The notes: generated from the letters alone by a model not told the origin. Counted from the stretch's first letter, positions 26,400 through 40,737 are shown. The stretch is DNA of 64,000 nucleotides from Octopus vulgaris (GCA_951406725.2 OX597829.1:23994001-24058000); one strand, 5' to 3'. Translations and numbers: made by a program.

Positions 26400-26780
26400 A
26401 GACTTACATATTACAGCGACTATATTACATATTACAGGGGCTGTATTAGATATTATAAATACTACATTGCAGATTACAAATACATATTACTGGGATTCTA
26501 TTACGCATTACAGGGACTATATTACACATTACAGGGACTATATTATACATTACAGGGAATATATTACACATTACAAGGACTATATTACACATTACATATT
26601 ACAGGGACCATATTATATATTATAGGGACTACATTACAGATTTACAGTAACTGTATTACATATTACTGGGACTATATTACATATATTATGACTTTATTAC
26701 AAATTACAGATACTATATTACATATTACTGAGACTATATTATGTATTGCTGAGACTACATTACATAATTACATATTACAG
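26400..26780. repeat. Degenerate minisatellite, unit about 20-23 bp (attacagggactatattacac)
   Basis: Repeated ttacagggactatatta variants. Confidence 0.8.
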
Positions 26781-26949
26781 CAGATAACATAACCTAATTC
26801 AGGGGTCACTTTTTAATTTTTTTTTTTTTTTTTTGTAATTACTAAAATCTGAAAATATTAAAAATTATACTGATCAGGTTCCTACTTTAATTATCTCTTC
26901 TGTCATGTCACTTGTTTTAATGTGGTTTTGGATTCAGTACTATATATAT

Positions 26950-27165
26950 ATAAAGTTAAACCAAACAAGAAAGCAAAAACAAAAAAACAACAACGCAAGG
27001 ACGTGGAACAAATAAAGTATTATTGGACGCTCAGGAAAGAAGGGAAGAAGGAGGGTTTGACATTTCGAGCGGAGCTCTTCGTCGGAAACATAGGAGAAGG
27101 AAAGATCCCGAGAAGGGAAGACAGGGGAAAATAATCGCTAGTGATACAGACGAGGTCACATGTAG
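26950..27165 (-). mobile_element. Short element with a minimal hammerhead-like motif (Penelope-related)
   Basis: Minus 27089-27055 reads GTTT CCGACGA A GAGC TCC GCTC GAAA TGTC AAAC; the element abuts (TA)n. Confidence 0.5.
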
Positions 27166-27405
27166 AATAAAAATTATATTTTCATATAAACATTATAAGG
27201 CAGTGCAATAGCAACTGAAATAACTTTCTCTCAGGTTGGGCAAACCTGTTTCTGTTCTTAGTGAAATCTTATCTGCCTATTTACTCGCTTAATTCTTGTG
27301 AAGGTATCACTCTTATACTTGGATCTCTGTCCATTTAAGTTATTTGGTTTCTTTGGTTATTCCACCTCTTTCTCTCTTTGTAAATATTCCAGCAACAACA
27401 TCCAT

Positions 27406-27440
<35 letters not shown>

Positions 27441-28418
27441 TCTTATATTTTTCCAGTAGCCTTCTTTTTCTAAGAATTTCTAATACGATTAACCCATATC
27501 TGGCAGTGGTGGCAGTAGTGGCTGTAGTAGTAACAGCAAGAGCAGCAGCAATAAGGACGGGGGTGGGGGGCAACAGGATAGTGGTGAAAGTAGTGGATGT
27601 GTTGATGATACTTATGATGATGATGATGAAGTGGTGTCATGATCATGGTGGTGGTGGTGGTGGTGGTATAGATGATAATAGTGTGATGATGGCAGATGTG
27701 AATATCTGAAGATTTTACAAGTTGTTGTTTATCCCCCAGGATAGTCCCGATTCAGTTGAAATTATTTATAGCCACAGCTTTTCCAATCATAGCCATTTGA
27801 TCTTTCTCACATATTCCTCACTACATTATACAAAATATCTTGCCTTTCTCAAGATAGATAATAAGGATGTGATTTTGAGAATTCAGTTGTTATTTCTTGC
27901 AGTTCATGTGACCACGTAGATTACTTGTGTACAAGAATTAAATACAAATTAATTTTCTCTAGTGCACAGCTAATTACTATACAAATAATTATATTACATT
28001 CTGTACTAGTGTCGTCCCATAACATGTTGTGATATCGGGAAAAGTCGATAACCGCCTGCAACAGACTGTTATCTTAGATTTATTTTAAGCGATTTTACTG
28101 CTTCACTTTGGTTTGTTGAAGAATTTGATAATGAAAAGAATTAGTCCTAACTTCTAATTCCAACTTTCGAACTGGTCTTTTTCCATTATTACTACTATCT
28201 TCATGTCATGATATATATTTGAATGGTATTTTAAACTATAAGGACCCAACAACTGTTAGGGGAAGGCTTGAGTAATGGTGGTGGTAAGGGTGTGCAGGAG
28301 GCATTAACGCACTTTACCAGGAATGTAGTATGGATGTATGGCCATTTCTCGGCTAGCAACAGTGTCTTTCTATTCTAACTATATGTATATGCATGTGTGT
28401 GTGGGTGTGTCTATATAC

Positions 28419-28455
<37 letters not shown>

Positions 28456-28849
28456 GTGTGAGCCAAAAGTCATGAAGGGGTTTGAATGCTTTATAACCCC
28501 TTTATATTTTGTTTTAAATTTGCAAAAACTATAGTGTCATAAACAATCATCATCATCATCATCGTTTAACGTCCGCTTTCCATGCTAGCATGGGTTGGAC
28601 GATTTGACTGAGGGCTGGCAAACCAGATGGCTGCACCAGGCTCCAATCTTGATCTGGCAGAGTTTCTACAGCTGGATGCCCTTCCTAACACTAACCACTC
28701 CAAGAGTGTAGTGGGTGCTTTTACATGCCACTGGCATGGGGGCCAGTCAGGCGGTACTGGCAACGACCTCACTCAAATCTTTTTACACATGCCACCGGCA
28801 CAGGTACCAGTAAGGCGACGCTGGTACAGTACATATAGAAAATGTATTT

Positions 28850-29420
28850 ACATTACATATGAAAACTCACATCTCATAAATGGCCTCTATTTTCTACTTC
28901 ACACAAACGTGCCCTTTCTAAGGTGTTTTCTATGACAACCCTTAATGTTTCAGGTTCTAGTGCTCTGATTTCAGTCTAAATATTGTTCTTAAGCTGTTGA
29001 AGTGTCTGAGACTTGTTAACATAATTTTTCTTCCTTGAGATAACCCCATAGGAAGTAGTCAGGAGCTGTCAGATCTGGAGAAAGTGATGGCCAGCAGATG
29101 TCACAACTGCAGGAAATTATTCTTCCCTTAAAAATATGCTCAAACAGTTATGTTGTGGGCCTTGTGCTGTGTCTCTGTCCTGTTGGAATGACATGCCAGG
29201 TTTATTACAAACTGCTGGGAGTAAAAAAATTTTTGATCATAGACCAATGTCCATACCCTGTAATTGTGGAAAGTTCTTCACAAAAATAAGGTCCCATCAC
29301 GTCTTCTCACATCACTCCACACCAGACTGTACACTTAAGGGGATACAATTCCCTTTGGTGAATTGGTCTAGGATTTTCCAAACCCCAAATCTCTCACACC
29401 ATAAGGGCAACAGTATGCTC
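28850..29420 (-). mobile_element. Decayed Tc1/mariner transposase (rosa/DD41D-like motifs)
   Basis: Minus strand TVWCGV...VMGPYF and CWPSLSPDLTAPDYFLWGYLKE. A SINE lies immediately to its left at 28547-28825. Confidence 0.65.
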
Positions 29421-29860
29421 ATTGAGTTAGAATTATTGATCCTTAGTTTTGATAATAAAATTGCACAATTTATGTTTGCTGTTTGGTCATGAACTTTTCC
29501 ATGGTTTAATCTCCAAGGTTTTTATAAAAATCAATAAAAACATTAAAAAATCTAATTTTTAAATAAACTTATTTTAGACCACCTATACATACATGTATGT
29601 ATGTATGTATTTACGTATGTATGTATGTATGCATGCATGCCTGCAGGCAGGCAGGCCGGCAGGATAAAATTTTTTTCGAAAAAAAATTCTTTTCAAAAAA
29701 AATTTTATCAATGGCCAGCATATTAAAAAGTACCTTTAAAGGTTAAATTTATTTGGCATTAGAAATTTTTTCGTTTGCCCTTATTTATAATATGTATGTA
29801 TGCATGCATGCATGCACGCAAATACACACACACACACATTAATGTTTGTTTTTATTTCAA

Positions 29861-29917
<57 letters not shown>

Positions 29918-31442
29918 GCAATTTAACATCAAACTAAAGGCCCACTCAGTACTTTTTAATGGAAGTTTAATTACTTTTACATGGAAATAGTTGACATCCA
30001 TTTTGGTTGCCATCATGGAATTTATTGCAATGGATTTTCTACAGCCTGATGCCCTTCCTGTCACCAACTCTTCCTTGTTTGCTAGTAAGGTAGTATTTAC
30101 TCATGACCAGACATATCTCAGAAGCTTGGAAACAATCTTACCACTATCATGTGATATCAAAGCAAGAAGACAATACAACACACCCACACACACAGACACA
30201 TGCGCATAGGTGTGTGTGTGTGTGCATGATACTTTGTCAACCCAGGCTTATAGTTGAAGACACTTGCTCAAGGTTCCACACTTGGACTGAACCCAAAACC
30301 ATGTGGTTGAGAAACGAAATTCTTACCACACAACTATGCTTGTAGTGTTTTATACATATTTTCTTGTTTCTGTCATTTGACTGTGGCCATGCTGGAGCAT
30401 CGCCTTTAGTCGGACAAATCAACCCCAGGACTTATTCTTTGTAAGCCTAATTACTTAGTATATCGGTCTCTTTTGCCACACTCCTAAGTTATGGGGATGT
30501 AAACACATCAACATCGGTTGTCAAGTGATGGTGGGGGTACTAACACACACTCACACACACACACACACATACATATATACGGTGGGCTTCTTTCAGTTTC
30601 TGTCTACCACAAATTCACTCACAAGGCTTTGGTCGGCCAGATGCTATAGTAGAAGACACTTGCCCAAGGTGCCACACAGTGGGACTGAACCCGAAACCAT
30701 GTGGTTGGTAAGCCTGCTGCTTACCACACAACCACTCCTACGCCTATGTAAGACTGAACCTGAAACCATCTGGTTGGTAAACAATCTTCTTACCACGCAG
30801 TTATACCTGCACCTATACAGACAGAAAAATAGACATAAAAAGCAAAATGAAATTGTCTCCTCTCCAAATCTTTTGCTAAGAATTCCTTCTCTATATGTTT
30901 CATTTCCAAAGTCTCACTATAGATTTCTTTGTATTACACATGGAATATGTCATATGTGGGGTACGCTATTGAATTACAAAAGTTCATTTAACATATTGAA
31001 TTGATTGTTCTTTGGAGAGAACATTTACCAAAATTCTTTTGCATTTATATTCTATATATTTTCTGTTAAGTTTTACAACGTACAAAAATAGACTTCAACA
31101 ATAATTTACAACATTAGTCATAATATTATTACAGAAATAAAAGTGAATATAATAGAATAAGTGCATAATGGAATAATGATGTAATGGAATGTTTTGTTTT
31201 GATTTTTTTTGTTTTTGAATGTTTTTAAATGATTCTGCCATCATTGTTTCAATTTGACACATGATCTCGGATCACGTTACTCAAACAAATAGTACTTTGG
31301 AGGGGGGGGCGACTTTTACCATTCAAAAAAAAAAATGTGTATATGTGTTGATGTTCATATATATATATATATATATACATGCACACCTACATACTGTGTT
31401 TAGGCATGTGTGTATATATATATATATATAATATATATATAT

Positions 31443-31686
31443 AAGCTCTACCTGCGACGATTTCATCTCAATCGAAGGAGAGGAGCTTTCTCCGTCCGGG
31501 TTGTGGATCCTTGGAACAAGCTGCCAGACGAGATGGTGAAGATGCCGACGACCGCTTTGTTCAAAGCCTCCCTTGACCTCAAGTGGCCTGAACTCTTTAC
31601 ATGAACACCACCCTGTACTTAACTCCATGTCCCCCTACATGGCCTTGCTATTTGCTTTTGAGCCAAATTAACTAACTAACTAACTA
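31443..31686 (+). mobile_element. CR1-type LINE 3' end with (TAAC)n tail
   Basis: RRGAFSVRVVDPWNKLPDEMV...FKASLD, then a short 3' UTR and aactaactaactaacta. Confidence 0.8.
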
Positions 31687-32029
31687 TATATGTATATAAC
31701 GTATACTTGTCTCTCTCTCCGTGTATATATATATATGTATATATATATATATCACAAATAACAGACACCATAGAATAGCATCAGAGTGCAGATCATAGGT
31801 ATAGGGCTCTAGAAATTGATATCATAAAATGAAACAAAAGGGTTTTTAAAATGTCTTTAATTTCAGCTCAATGATCTCATATCAAATCATCCATCAAACA
31901 TAGACAACTCCAAAACGCTTGCCTTAATTATTCTGATACATAATAGTTTGAGAATGCACACACACACACACACACACAGATTTTATTGTATTTTAAAATA
32001 TTCATCACTTGTCCTTAAATCTGTTTCAG

Positions 32030-32118
32030 ATGCAAAGTCCCAGAAAAAACCTCTTGGATCAAAGACATCATTACGATCTGGAAGCATTTCAAGTTTAAAG
32101 GGTTCAACTACGGCTCAG
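32030..32118 (+). CDS. Coding exon of the same gene, (D)AKSQKKPLGSKTSLRSGSISSLKGSTTAQ
   Basis: Acceptor ctgtttcAG, donor CAG|GTAAAA. Phase 1 start matches the donor at 334; ends phase 0. Same K/S-rich composition. Confidence 0.78.
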
Positions 32119-33114
32119 GTAAAAATGATGTTTTCTAACTGAATCATGTGACTTGTCTGAGATTTGTATTATTGTTATTACTATTACAAAGAGCTATGTA
32201 ATCGGTTATTTTTATTGAAAACAATTGAAGAGGCAGTAGAGAGAGAGCAAGAGAGAGACAGAGACTGTCACAGTCATCATAATAATCATCATCGTTTAAC
32301 GTCCGCTTTGACTGAGGGCTGGCAAACCAGATGGCTGCACCAGGCTCCAATCTGATCTGGCAGAGTTTCTACAGTTGGATGCCCTTCCTAACGCCAGCCA
32401 CTCTGAGAGTGTAGTGGGTGCTTTTACGTGCGAATAAAAATTTTTGTGATTGAAGTACGTACATGGAATTTTCAATAATAAAAGAAATTAAAAACCTCAT
32501 TTTGATTTTTGAAAAAAAGATATTTTAGAATTGGAATTTCTAAACAGTGTATACTTTAATAAGTGCTTTCTTTAAGCAAAAGTTACACACTCCAAACTAA
32601 TAAATATGCTACTTTCTTTGTCATAGTATAAATTGGAAGATGGTGAATTTGCAGATCCTTTAGAATATCAGAAAAAATACCTTGTAGAATTTATTTTGGT
32701 TCTTTCCGTTCTGAATTCAAATCCCACTGGGATCAACTTTGCTTTTCTTCCCTCCAAGGTTGATAAAATGGAGCAACCTGTTAAGTAATAGGAGTCAATA
32801 GCATTGGCTAATCTCCTGCCCTTCAAAATTGCTGCCTTTGTATCTAAATCAAAAACCATTATAGTTGTTAGGAAGAAGGCAAAATTATGGGAGAGGACAC
32901 TGTTCTCTTCAATATATCAGAAAAATCTGAAAACACTGGGTGATATCTTTTTAGCCTGAAATTATTCTTCTCTACCAACACATGCAATTTGAATGACTTG
33001 TGTTATTTATGGCTGGTATGGGTCATTCAAGTTATGCTCACTTTGCTTTACTTTCAGTACAATTCTTGTGCATGCATAAGTATTTGAGTGTGTATAAGAG
33101 TATGTATATAGGTA

Positions 33115-33627
33115 CCGTAAATCCTCAAGTATAATCTGCATTTTTTTCCCAAAATTTAACGGTCAAAATCCCTCGTGCGTATTATATACGAGGTTAAAAA
33201 CGAAAATTATTTCCTAAGCAATGTCCGAGTCTCTATTTGCTGTCAGGCAATGTTTATTCAGACGCATTTTGTGATGTTGGACGCGAAAATACCTTAAGCT
33301 AAGCCTGAAAGCAATGACATCATAAAAAAAATCATCCTTAACTTGCAATAAGCAACATTTATTAAACGTTATTAGTGTTATTTCTTTATTTTCTGCAAAC
33401 AAAATACACAAAAATGCTACACGTTTGCATTATGTTATATATACAATAATAATAAAGGACGTTACCGTATACATTTTTACAAACCATGGACGTTATATAG
33501 ACCTCCTTGACTCAAGTTAGAGAAGGGGTGCATATTATACACAAGATTTGGGTTTTTCAGAGGTACAGTCCCCTAAAAATCCCCTGTGTATTATACTCAA
33601 GGGCAGACTATACTCAAGGATTTACGG
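33115..33627. mobile_element. Non-autonomous Tc1/mariner-superfamily (Tc2/pogo-like) element
   Basis: TA|CCGTAAATCCTCAAGTATAATCTGC...GCAGACTATACTCAAGGATTTACGG|TA: about 25-bp TIRs, TA TSD, subterminal tattatac repeats. Confidence 0.8.
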
Positions 33628-34765
33628 TATTTACATTGTGTAATATATAGTCATTATATATATTTCAGGTTTGTGGTTTAGTGGTTAGGTTGTTGGATTC
33701 ATGATGAGCTTTTGGTTTCAATTCCTGGATTGGCAGCATATTGTGTTCTTGAGCAAAACATTTAGTTTCACATTGCTCCAGTCCACCCAGTTAACAAAAA
33801 TGAGTATTCCTGCAATGGGCTGGCATCCCATCCAAGGGTTTACATATGTGTCACAGAAACCTAAAAATTGGCCCTAGGAGTCTATATTACCCAAGAAAAA
33901 TCTCATATTTCATAAATCGATAAATGTATATTTTTTTTTAAAAATACATATATAGGTGCAGGTGTAGCTGTGTGGTAAGAAGCTTGCTTCTCAACCACAT
34001 GGTTCCAGGTTCAGTTCCACTGTGTGACACCTTGGGCAAGTATATTCTACTATAGCCTTGGGCCAACCAAAGCCTTTTGAGTGGATTTATTAGAAGGAAA
34101 CTGAAAAAAGCCTGTTGTATATATGTATGTATCTATGTGTGTGTTTTCCCCCCATCACTACTTGATAACAAGTGTTGGTGTGTTTGTGTCCCCATAACTT
34201 AGCGGTCTGGCAAAAGAGACTGATAGGATAAGTACTAGGCTCAAAAAATGTCATGAGATCCATTTGTTTATCTAAAACCCTTCAAGGCAGTGCTCCAGCA
34301 TGGCCACAGTAAATTGACTGGAACAAGTACAAAAAAAAATAAAAGAATAAAAATATATATATATAAGAAAAACTAGGTGCAGGCATTGTCTTTTGGTAAA
34401 AAGTTTGCTACCTAATCACATGGTTCTGAGTTCAATCCCAATGCAAGTCACCTTGACCATGTGTCTTCTGCTTTAGTCCCAGGCCAATGAAAACCCTGTG
34501 AGTGGATTTGGTAGGTGGAAACTGACCCCTGTTGTACTCTTTTACCCCAACTTTCTCTCACTCTTTCTTCCTGTTTCTTGAGTAATGCTGCAATGGACTG
34601 GCATCCCATCCAGCTGGGGGGAACACATACGCCACAGAAACTGGGAAACCGGACCCATGAGCCTGGCTCGGCTTGAAAAGGACGCATAAATAAATAAAAT
34701 TACATGCTCATACATATAATGCATGTAGACTTATATACATTTATTTGTGTATTAGTGTATATTAA

Positions 34766-34988
34766 CCCTTTCGTTACTGTATTTATTTTGAGATGCTCTG
34801 TGTTTCTTTCAATTACTTTGAAATATAACAAAGAATTTAGTAAAATAACTTTGTTATCATTCAGCTATAGTGTTAGGAACATAAATTGTGACTAAGGTTT
34901 GGTGGAAGATTTTAATTCAAAACTTATGTAAACAAGACATTTGTATTCAGAGCCAGAGCTGGTTTTAGCCAGGTTGGTATTGAAAGGG
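34766..34988 (-). mobile_element. piggyBac-type MITE, copy 2
   Basis: TTAA|CCCTTTCGTTAC...GAAAGGG|TTAA; reverse complement of the 7190 copy. Confidence 0.85.
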
Positions 34989-35368
34989 TTAATATTTAAC
35001 AGAAGCAACAGAGTGACTTAAGGGCCGAGAGCTTCTTGCATCTGCTAAATATCAATAGAATTATACACATACTCATATTTTGAGATCTGTTTTTCCTGTT
35101 TCCACCACAATACCTCTGTATGTGTGTGGATAGACAGATTAGATAGATGTGTATATGTACAAACATATGCACACACACACATACGTGTGTATATATTAAG
35201 ATGAGTTGATGTTGTCATTGTCACACCATTGCTCATGTGATATAACTTGTCAGTTTATTGCTTTGATTGGTTCGTGTTGTTGCCGCTCTTGTCATGGTTG
35301 TAGAAGTAATGGGTTGGTGAAATTTTGATAAATAATTATAATATCACCTATTCCCATATATATATATA

Positions 35369-35765
35369 CTAGCAGTATCGCCCGGCGTTGCTCGGGTTTG
35401 TTAGGGAAATAACTATATAAGCATTTTTAGAGAGTTATAGCCAAAAAGTAGCAAAAAAATGCATTAAAAATGGAAAAAATATTATGGTAAATTTTTTTTT
35501 AAATCGTTGACTCATTGTAGACATTTTTAAAGAGTTACTTCCCTTATATAATATCGAAAAAATGCATTAAAATGGAAAAAATGATGGTAAATTTTTTTTT
35601 AAATCATAGACTCATCGTAGACGCGCGCTAATACCCAGAAGGGCTCAATATGAATCATGACTATAAGATACCCGGTTTTGGTTAAACTGCACCGCAAAAT
35701 GTGGGAGTAGTTAGGAATCTAAATCGTAGGAGACAGACACACAACTTGACTTTTATATATAAAGA
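35369..35765 (-). mobile_element. Non-autonomous Helitron, copy 2
   Basis: Minus strand 5' TC start; 3' CCCGAGCAACGCCGGG hairpin, then CTAG|T; internal tandem duplication. Confidence 0.8.
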
Positions 35766-36737
35766 TATATATATATTTGTCCACCATGTTTTGTCTCCAT
35801 CTGTCCTTTTGTAGCTTCACTCTCTCCTTACCTCTCTCTTTCTCTCTATTCATTGTGTGTGCGCATGTCTTTTATCTTTTACCTGTTTCAGTTATTAGTC
35901 TGTGGCCATGCTGGAGCAATGTTTTGAAGAACTTTTAGCCAAATGAATCGACCCCCAGTACTTTTTTCTTTAGCTTGGTACTTATTCTATTGGTGTCTTT
36001 TGCTGAACCACTAAGCTACAGGGACATAAACTCACCAACACCAGTTGTCAAGCAGTGGTGGAGGACAAAAGGCATATACACACCCACATATACATACATT
36101 AATATATATATATATATATATATATATAATGGCTTCTTTCAGTTTCTATCTACCAAATCCATTCATAAGGCTTTGGTCAACCCAAGGTGTCATGCAGTGG
36201 GACTGAACCCAGAACCATGTGGTTGGGAAGCAAGCTTCTTACCACACAGCCACCCATATGCTATAGGTGTCTACATTATTGTTTCAATAACCACTTTTCC
36301 ATGCTTGCATGCATCAGATAGAGTTCATTGAGGCAGGTTTTCTACTGCTAAATGTCCTTCAAGTTGCCAACCCTTACCTATTTCCAAGCAGGGTAATATT
36401 TCCTCATTGCCAGGTATGTCTATGCAAGGCGGCGGAAATGAATGGAAACTGCTTGTATGACAGTGACACTCATTTACGACAATCACAAAATGTCGAAACA
36501 AAGATACACAAACACACATATGCAGAAATACATACACACACACGTGTGTGTGTGTGTATGACAGGCTTCATTCAACTTCCATCTACCAAATCTACTTGAT
36601 GCTTTGTTATTGTAACAAAACCTCCATAAGCAAGAAACCTCTAATTTATTCCATTATTGAGTTCTCATTGTACCTGTCCGCCTTGTTTCACCATGTCTAG
36701 TTTGTTTGTGAGAGAGAAAAACAGTCGCCCATCTACT

Positions 36738-36768
<31 letters not shown>

Positions 36769-38859
36769 ACACGCACACAATGACTCTTCAATCTGAACTG
36801 ACATGAACAGCAATAAAAGCAACAACATCCTTAGTTATACAAACCTCCTTACAGTATAATTGACCTCAACAATATGTCATACACTCTGCTATTCTTACTA
36901 AAAGCACTCTTATTTACTTCCCCAATTGTTTCCTGTTGCAATTTCTATTTAAATCTTGCCAAATTCAGGCGTAATTCTTACTATTTCGTGGGCATTATTC
37001 AAATTAGTTTCTTTGTGTTTACGGTTTTATGTTCTTTGTGTGTGTTTTTCTTTCTTCCTTCTCAAAGAGACAAAAAAAAAAAGATAGTTGGTGCTGGGGT
37101 GACAATAAGAGATATTTAATTAATTTTAAATAATGGCATCTGGTAGTGAGTTACAGAATGAACGCTTATATATCATCATCATCATCATTGTTTAATGTCT
37201 GTCTTCCATGCTGGCATGGGTTGGACGGTATAACAGGAGCCGGCCAAGCAGACAACTACACCAGGCAAGCTGGCAGAAACATTAGCACGCCAGGTGAAAT
37301 GCTTAGCGGTATTTCGTCTGCCATTACGTTCTGAGTTCAAATTCCACCGAGGTCAACTTTGCCTTTCTGCGTTTAGCCCCTTGTGGGTAGTAAAGAAATA
37401 GGTATTTCGTCTGCCATTATGTTCTGAGTTCAAGTTCTGCCGAGGTCGATTTTACTTTCATCCTTTCAGGGTCGATAAATTCAGTACCAGTTACGCACTG
37501 GGGCCAATGTAATCGACTTAATCCCTTTGTCTGTCCTTGTTTGTTCCCTCTATGTTAAGCCCCTTGTAGGCAATAAAAAATTTTTAAAAAAAGACTACAC
37601 CAGGCTATTGTGTCTGTTTTGGCATGGTTTTTACAGCTGGATGCCCCTCCTAATACTAACCACTCCATAGAGTGGACTCAGTGCTTTTTATGTGGCATCA
37701 GCACAGGCGAGGTCAATTTTGGCATGGTTTTTACAGCTGGATGTCCTTCCAAATACCAACCACTTTACAGTGTGAACTGGATGCTTTTTACGTGGCACCA
37801 GCACTGGCAGGGTCACCAAGTAACTTGCAAGACAAAGATCCTTTGGGAGGGGATGTAGCATTGGAGGAGGGGATCTTGTGTCAGATGATGAAAGGCTAGA
37901 GTGTGACAAAGACAAAGAAGCAGAAACAGGTGTCTTGCTATAGATGAGGTACATGGTTACCCGGCTAGAGAGAAAGGTAATAAGAAAGAGGACAGAAACA
38001 GGTGTACTGCTGTAAATGGGATACTTAGTTACCTAGCCAGAGGGAAGAGCAACTCACACACACAGGGACACAGGTGTGTCTACCTGTGTGTTTGCTTGTG
38101 TTTATGGTCTGTCATCCTATATTTATTTTTCGTGTCTACTCACATAGAAACACACAGGCATGCCCTTAAGAAATGTATAATTTTTTTACAGACATAAATA
38201 AAGTTATGTAATAAGAATTATAATTATTAGAATAATAAGTAGAACCCTTTCTTATTTTGGCTCAAGATCAGTAATTTTGAGGAGGAGGTTTGATTTGATA
38301 TCGAGCCCTGTGCTTAACTGGTGCATATTTTAATGACTCCAAAGCAATAAATGGCTAAGTTGACCTCAGCAGAATTTGAACTCAGAACATAAAGCTCAAA
38401 GAAATAATGCAAAGCATTTTGACCAGTGTGCTAACAATTCTGCCACCTCATCATAATAATAATCTTTTCTACTCTAAGCACAAGGCCTGAAATTTTGGGT
38501 AAGGTGAGACAGTCAATTAGATTGACCCCAGTATGCAACTGGTACTTAATTTATCGACTCTGAAAGGATGAAAGGCAAAGTCAACCTCGACGAAATTTGA
38601 ACTCAGAACCTAAAGACAGACAAAATACCACAAAGCATTTCGCTAACGTTTCCGCCAGCTTGCCACCTATAATAATAATAAGAAGAAGAAATTCTGACTT
38701 AAACATTTTGAATTCTAATTTAGAAATTAACTAATGTATATCTATAGACTTTCTATTTATATAACATTATTATGTTGGTATAAGGGCAATAAAGAATTCC
38801 ATCAAAGAATCTAAGAGTACTAAGAATACATGCATACATCTACAGACGTACATGCAGAT

Positions 38860-38895
<36 letters not shown>

Positions 38896-38903
38896 TCTCA
38901 GCC

Positions 38904-39051
38904 AAAACAGTCCGACAAACGAGAACATGAAACTCTGAGTTACAGTTTTTGTGATGTCTTTGCAGCTTTATTAATAAAGCATACTACTCTACCTCTGGTA
39001 TTTGAGTACTGTTTTTAGCACTTTGTTTCACATTTATGTGCTTACTCTGGT
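38904..39051 (+). mobile_element. About 150-bp hammerhead-like element, family H copy 1
   Basis: aaaacagt CCGACAA acgagaacat GAAAC tctga GTT acagttttt, followed by a tail shared with 60124-60273 (minus); flanked by (TG)n. Confidence 0.55.
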
Positions 39052-39323
39052 GTGTGTGTGTATGTGTATATATATATATATATTTATATTTATATGAGGA
39101 CAAGTGTCTTCTGCTATAGTCTCAAGCTGAACAAATCCTTGTGAGTGGATTTGTAGATGGAAACTAAAAGAAGCTTGTTGTATATATATGTGTATGTGTG
39201 TGTATGTCTGTATGTGTTTGTCCACCAACACCACCACCGCTTGACAACCAGTGTTGGTGTGTTTATGTCCCTGTTACCTAGCAGTTAAACAAGAAAACTA
39301 ATAGAATTAAGTGCCAGGCTTAA

Positions 39324-39544
39324 CCCTTTCGTTACCAACCCGGCCAAAACCGGCTCTGGCTCTGTGGAACAAATGTCTTGTTTCCATAAGTTTTGCATCA
39401 AAATATACCACCAAACCTTAGTCACAATTTATGTTCCTAACACTAGCTTAATGATAATTAAGTTATTTTACTAAATTCTTTGTTATATCTAAAATAATTG
39501 AAAGAAATACAGAGCATCTCAAAATAAATACAGTAACAAAAGGG
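39324..39544 (+). mobile_element. piggyBac-type MITE, copy 3, nested in a SINE
   Basis: TTAA|CCCTTTCGTTACC...GTAACAAAAGGG|TTAA. Confidence 0.85.
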
Positions 39545-40737
39545 TTAATAAGAAAATAAATACTGGAGTTGATTAGTTCAACTAAAATTCCTCCGGGTAG
39601 TGCCCCAACATGGTCGCCATCTAAAGACTGAAACAAGTACTAAAGATAAAAGATATGTTCTAGTTCATTATATAAACTACCACAGTGATTTGTAACATAG
39701 GTACCACCGGTAACTCCTGCAATACAGAAAAAAAATATATATTCACAAACACACGTACACATATATATATACATATATACTACAGGCTTCTTTCAGTTTC
39801 CGTCTACCAATCCACTCACAAGGCTTTGGTCAGCCCAAGGTGTCACGTAGTGGGACTGAACCCAGACCATGTGGTTCGTAAGCAAGTTACTTACCACACA
39901 ACCACTCCTACGCCTATGCACTGTATAAACTTTGATGGCTTTTCTTTTATAAAATATATTTTATTGAAAGCAGCACTCCAATCATGGAGATGACAGTGAC
40001 TTGCACCCTTCTAATATCAAGAACCTCATCTCTCATCTTCTGATGAATTCCATGTATCCACAACTATTTATTCAAATTGAAAAACCATCCGAGAAATACA
40101 AAGAAACGCCTTCTGTCATTTCCAAAAATCCAAATAATGTAATTTGCATCACAGTAATGTGAGGCTCCGAAAAAAAGGAAAGCGTCACCAGTGATTCCTG
40201 TGGCAGGCAAAGTGTTAAACATATTATTCATTAAAATAGATTTTTTTATTTCCTAGCTTATTCATAGTTGCTAATAAGATGTAAGGGAGAATACTTCATA
40301 AGTGATTTTACCAAGTAGTCTTTCCTTGATATTATTATTATTATCATTATTCAGGAATGGTTGAGTTGTAAGAATGAAGTAAATTACCAGTAGAAGGATA
40401 GTTTTGTATGTCTACATTCAGAGTTCAAATACACGTAGTGCCAATTTTGTTTTTTATCTTTGAGTCTGCAAAGTGCTGTAATATTTGGTATAATTATAGC
40501 CACATTTGGGTGTGTATGAGAGGAGTTGGTCTGGTTTTTTTTGTTGTTTTCTAAATAATTTTAATAATTTAGAGAATGAGAGAATTGGTAGTATGTTTGT
40601 TACACAGAATATTTTGTGCTCTTTTGTTAATATCATTTTATATTCTGAGCTCAAATCTTCATTATTTATCCACAAAGTGGAACCAAACCAAAGTGTGTAA
40701 CTGTGACACAAACTTCTTAATCACATATTCACACCTA

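Noticed and set aside
26400-26780. Short periodic repeats resembling a CRISPR array
   Set aside because: No unique spacers, eukaryotic context and no cas genes; it is a degenerate minisatellite.
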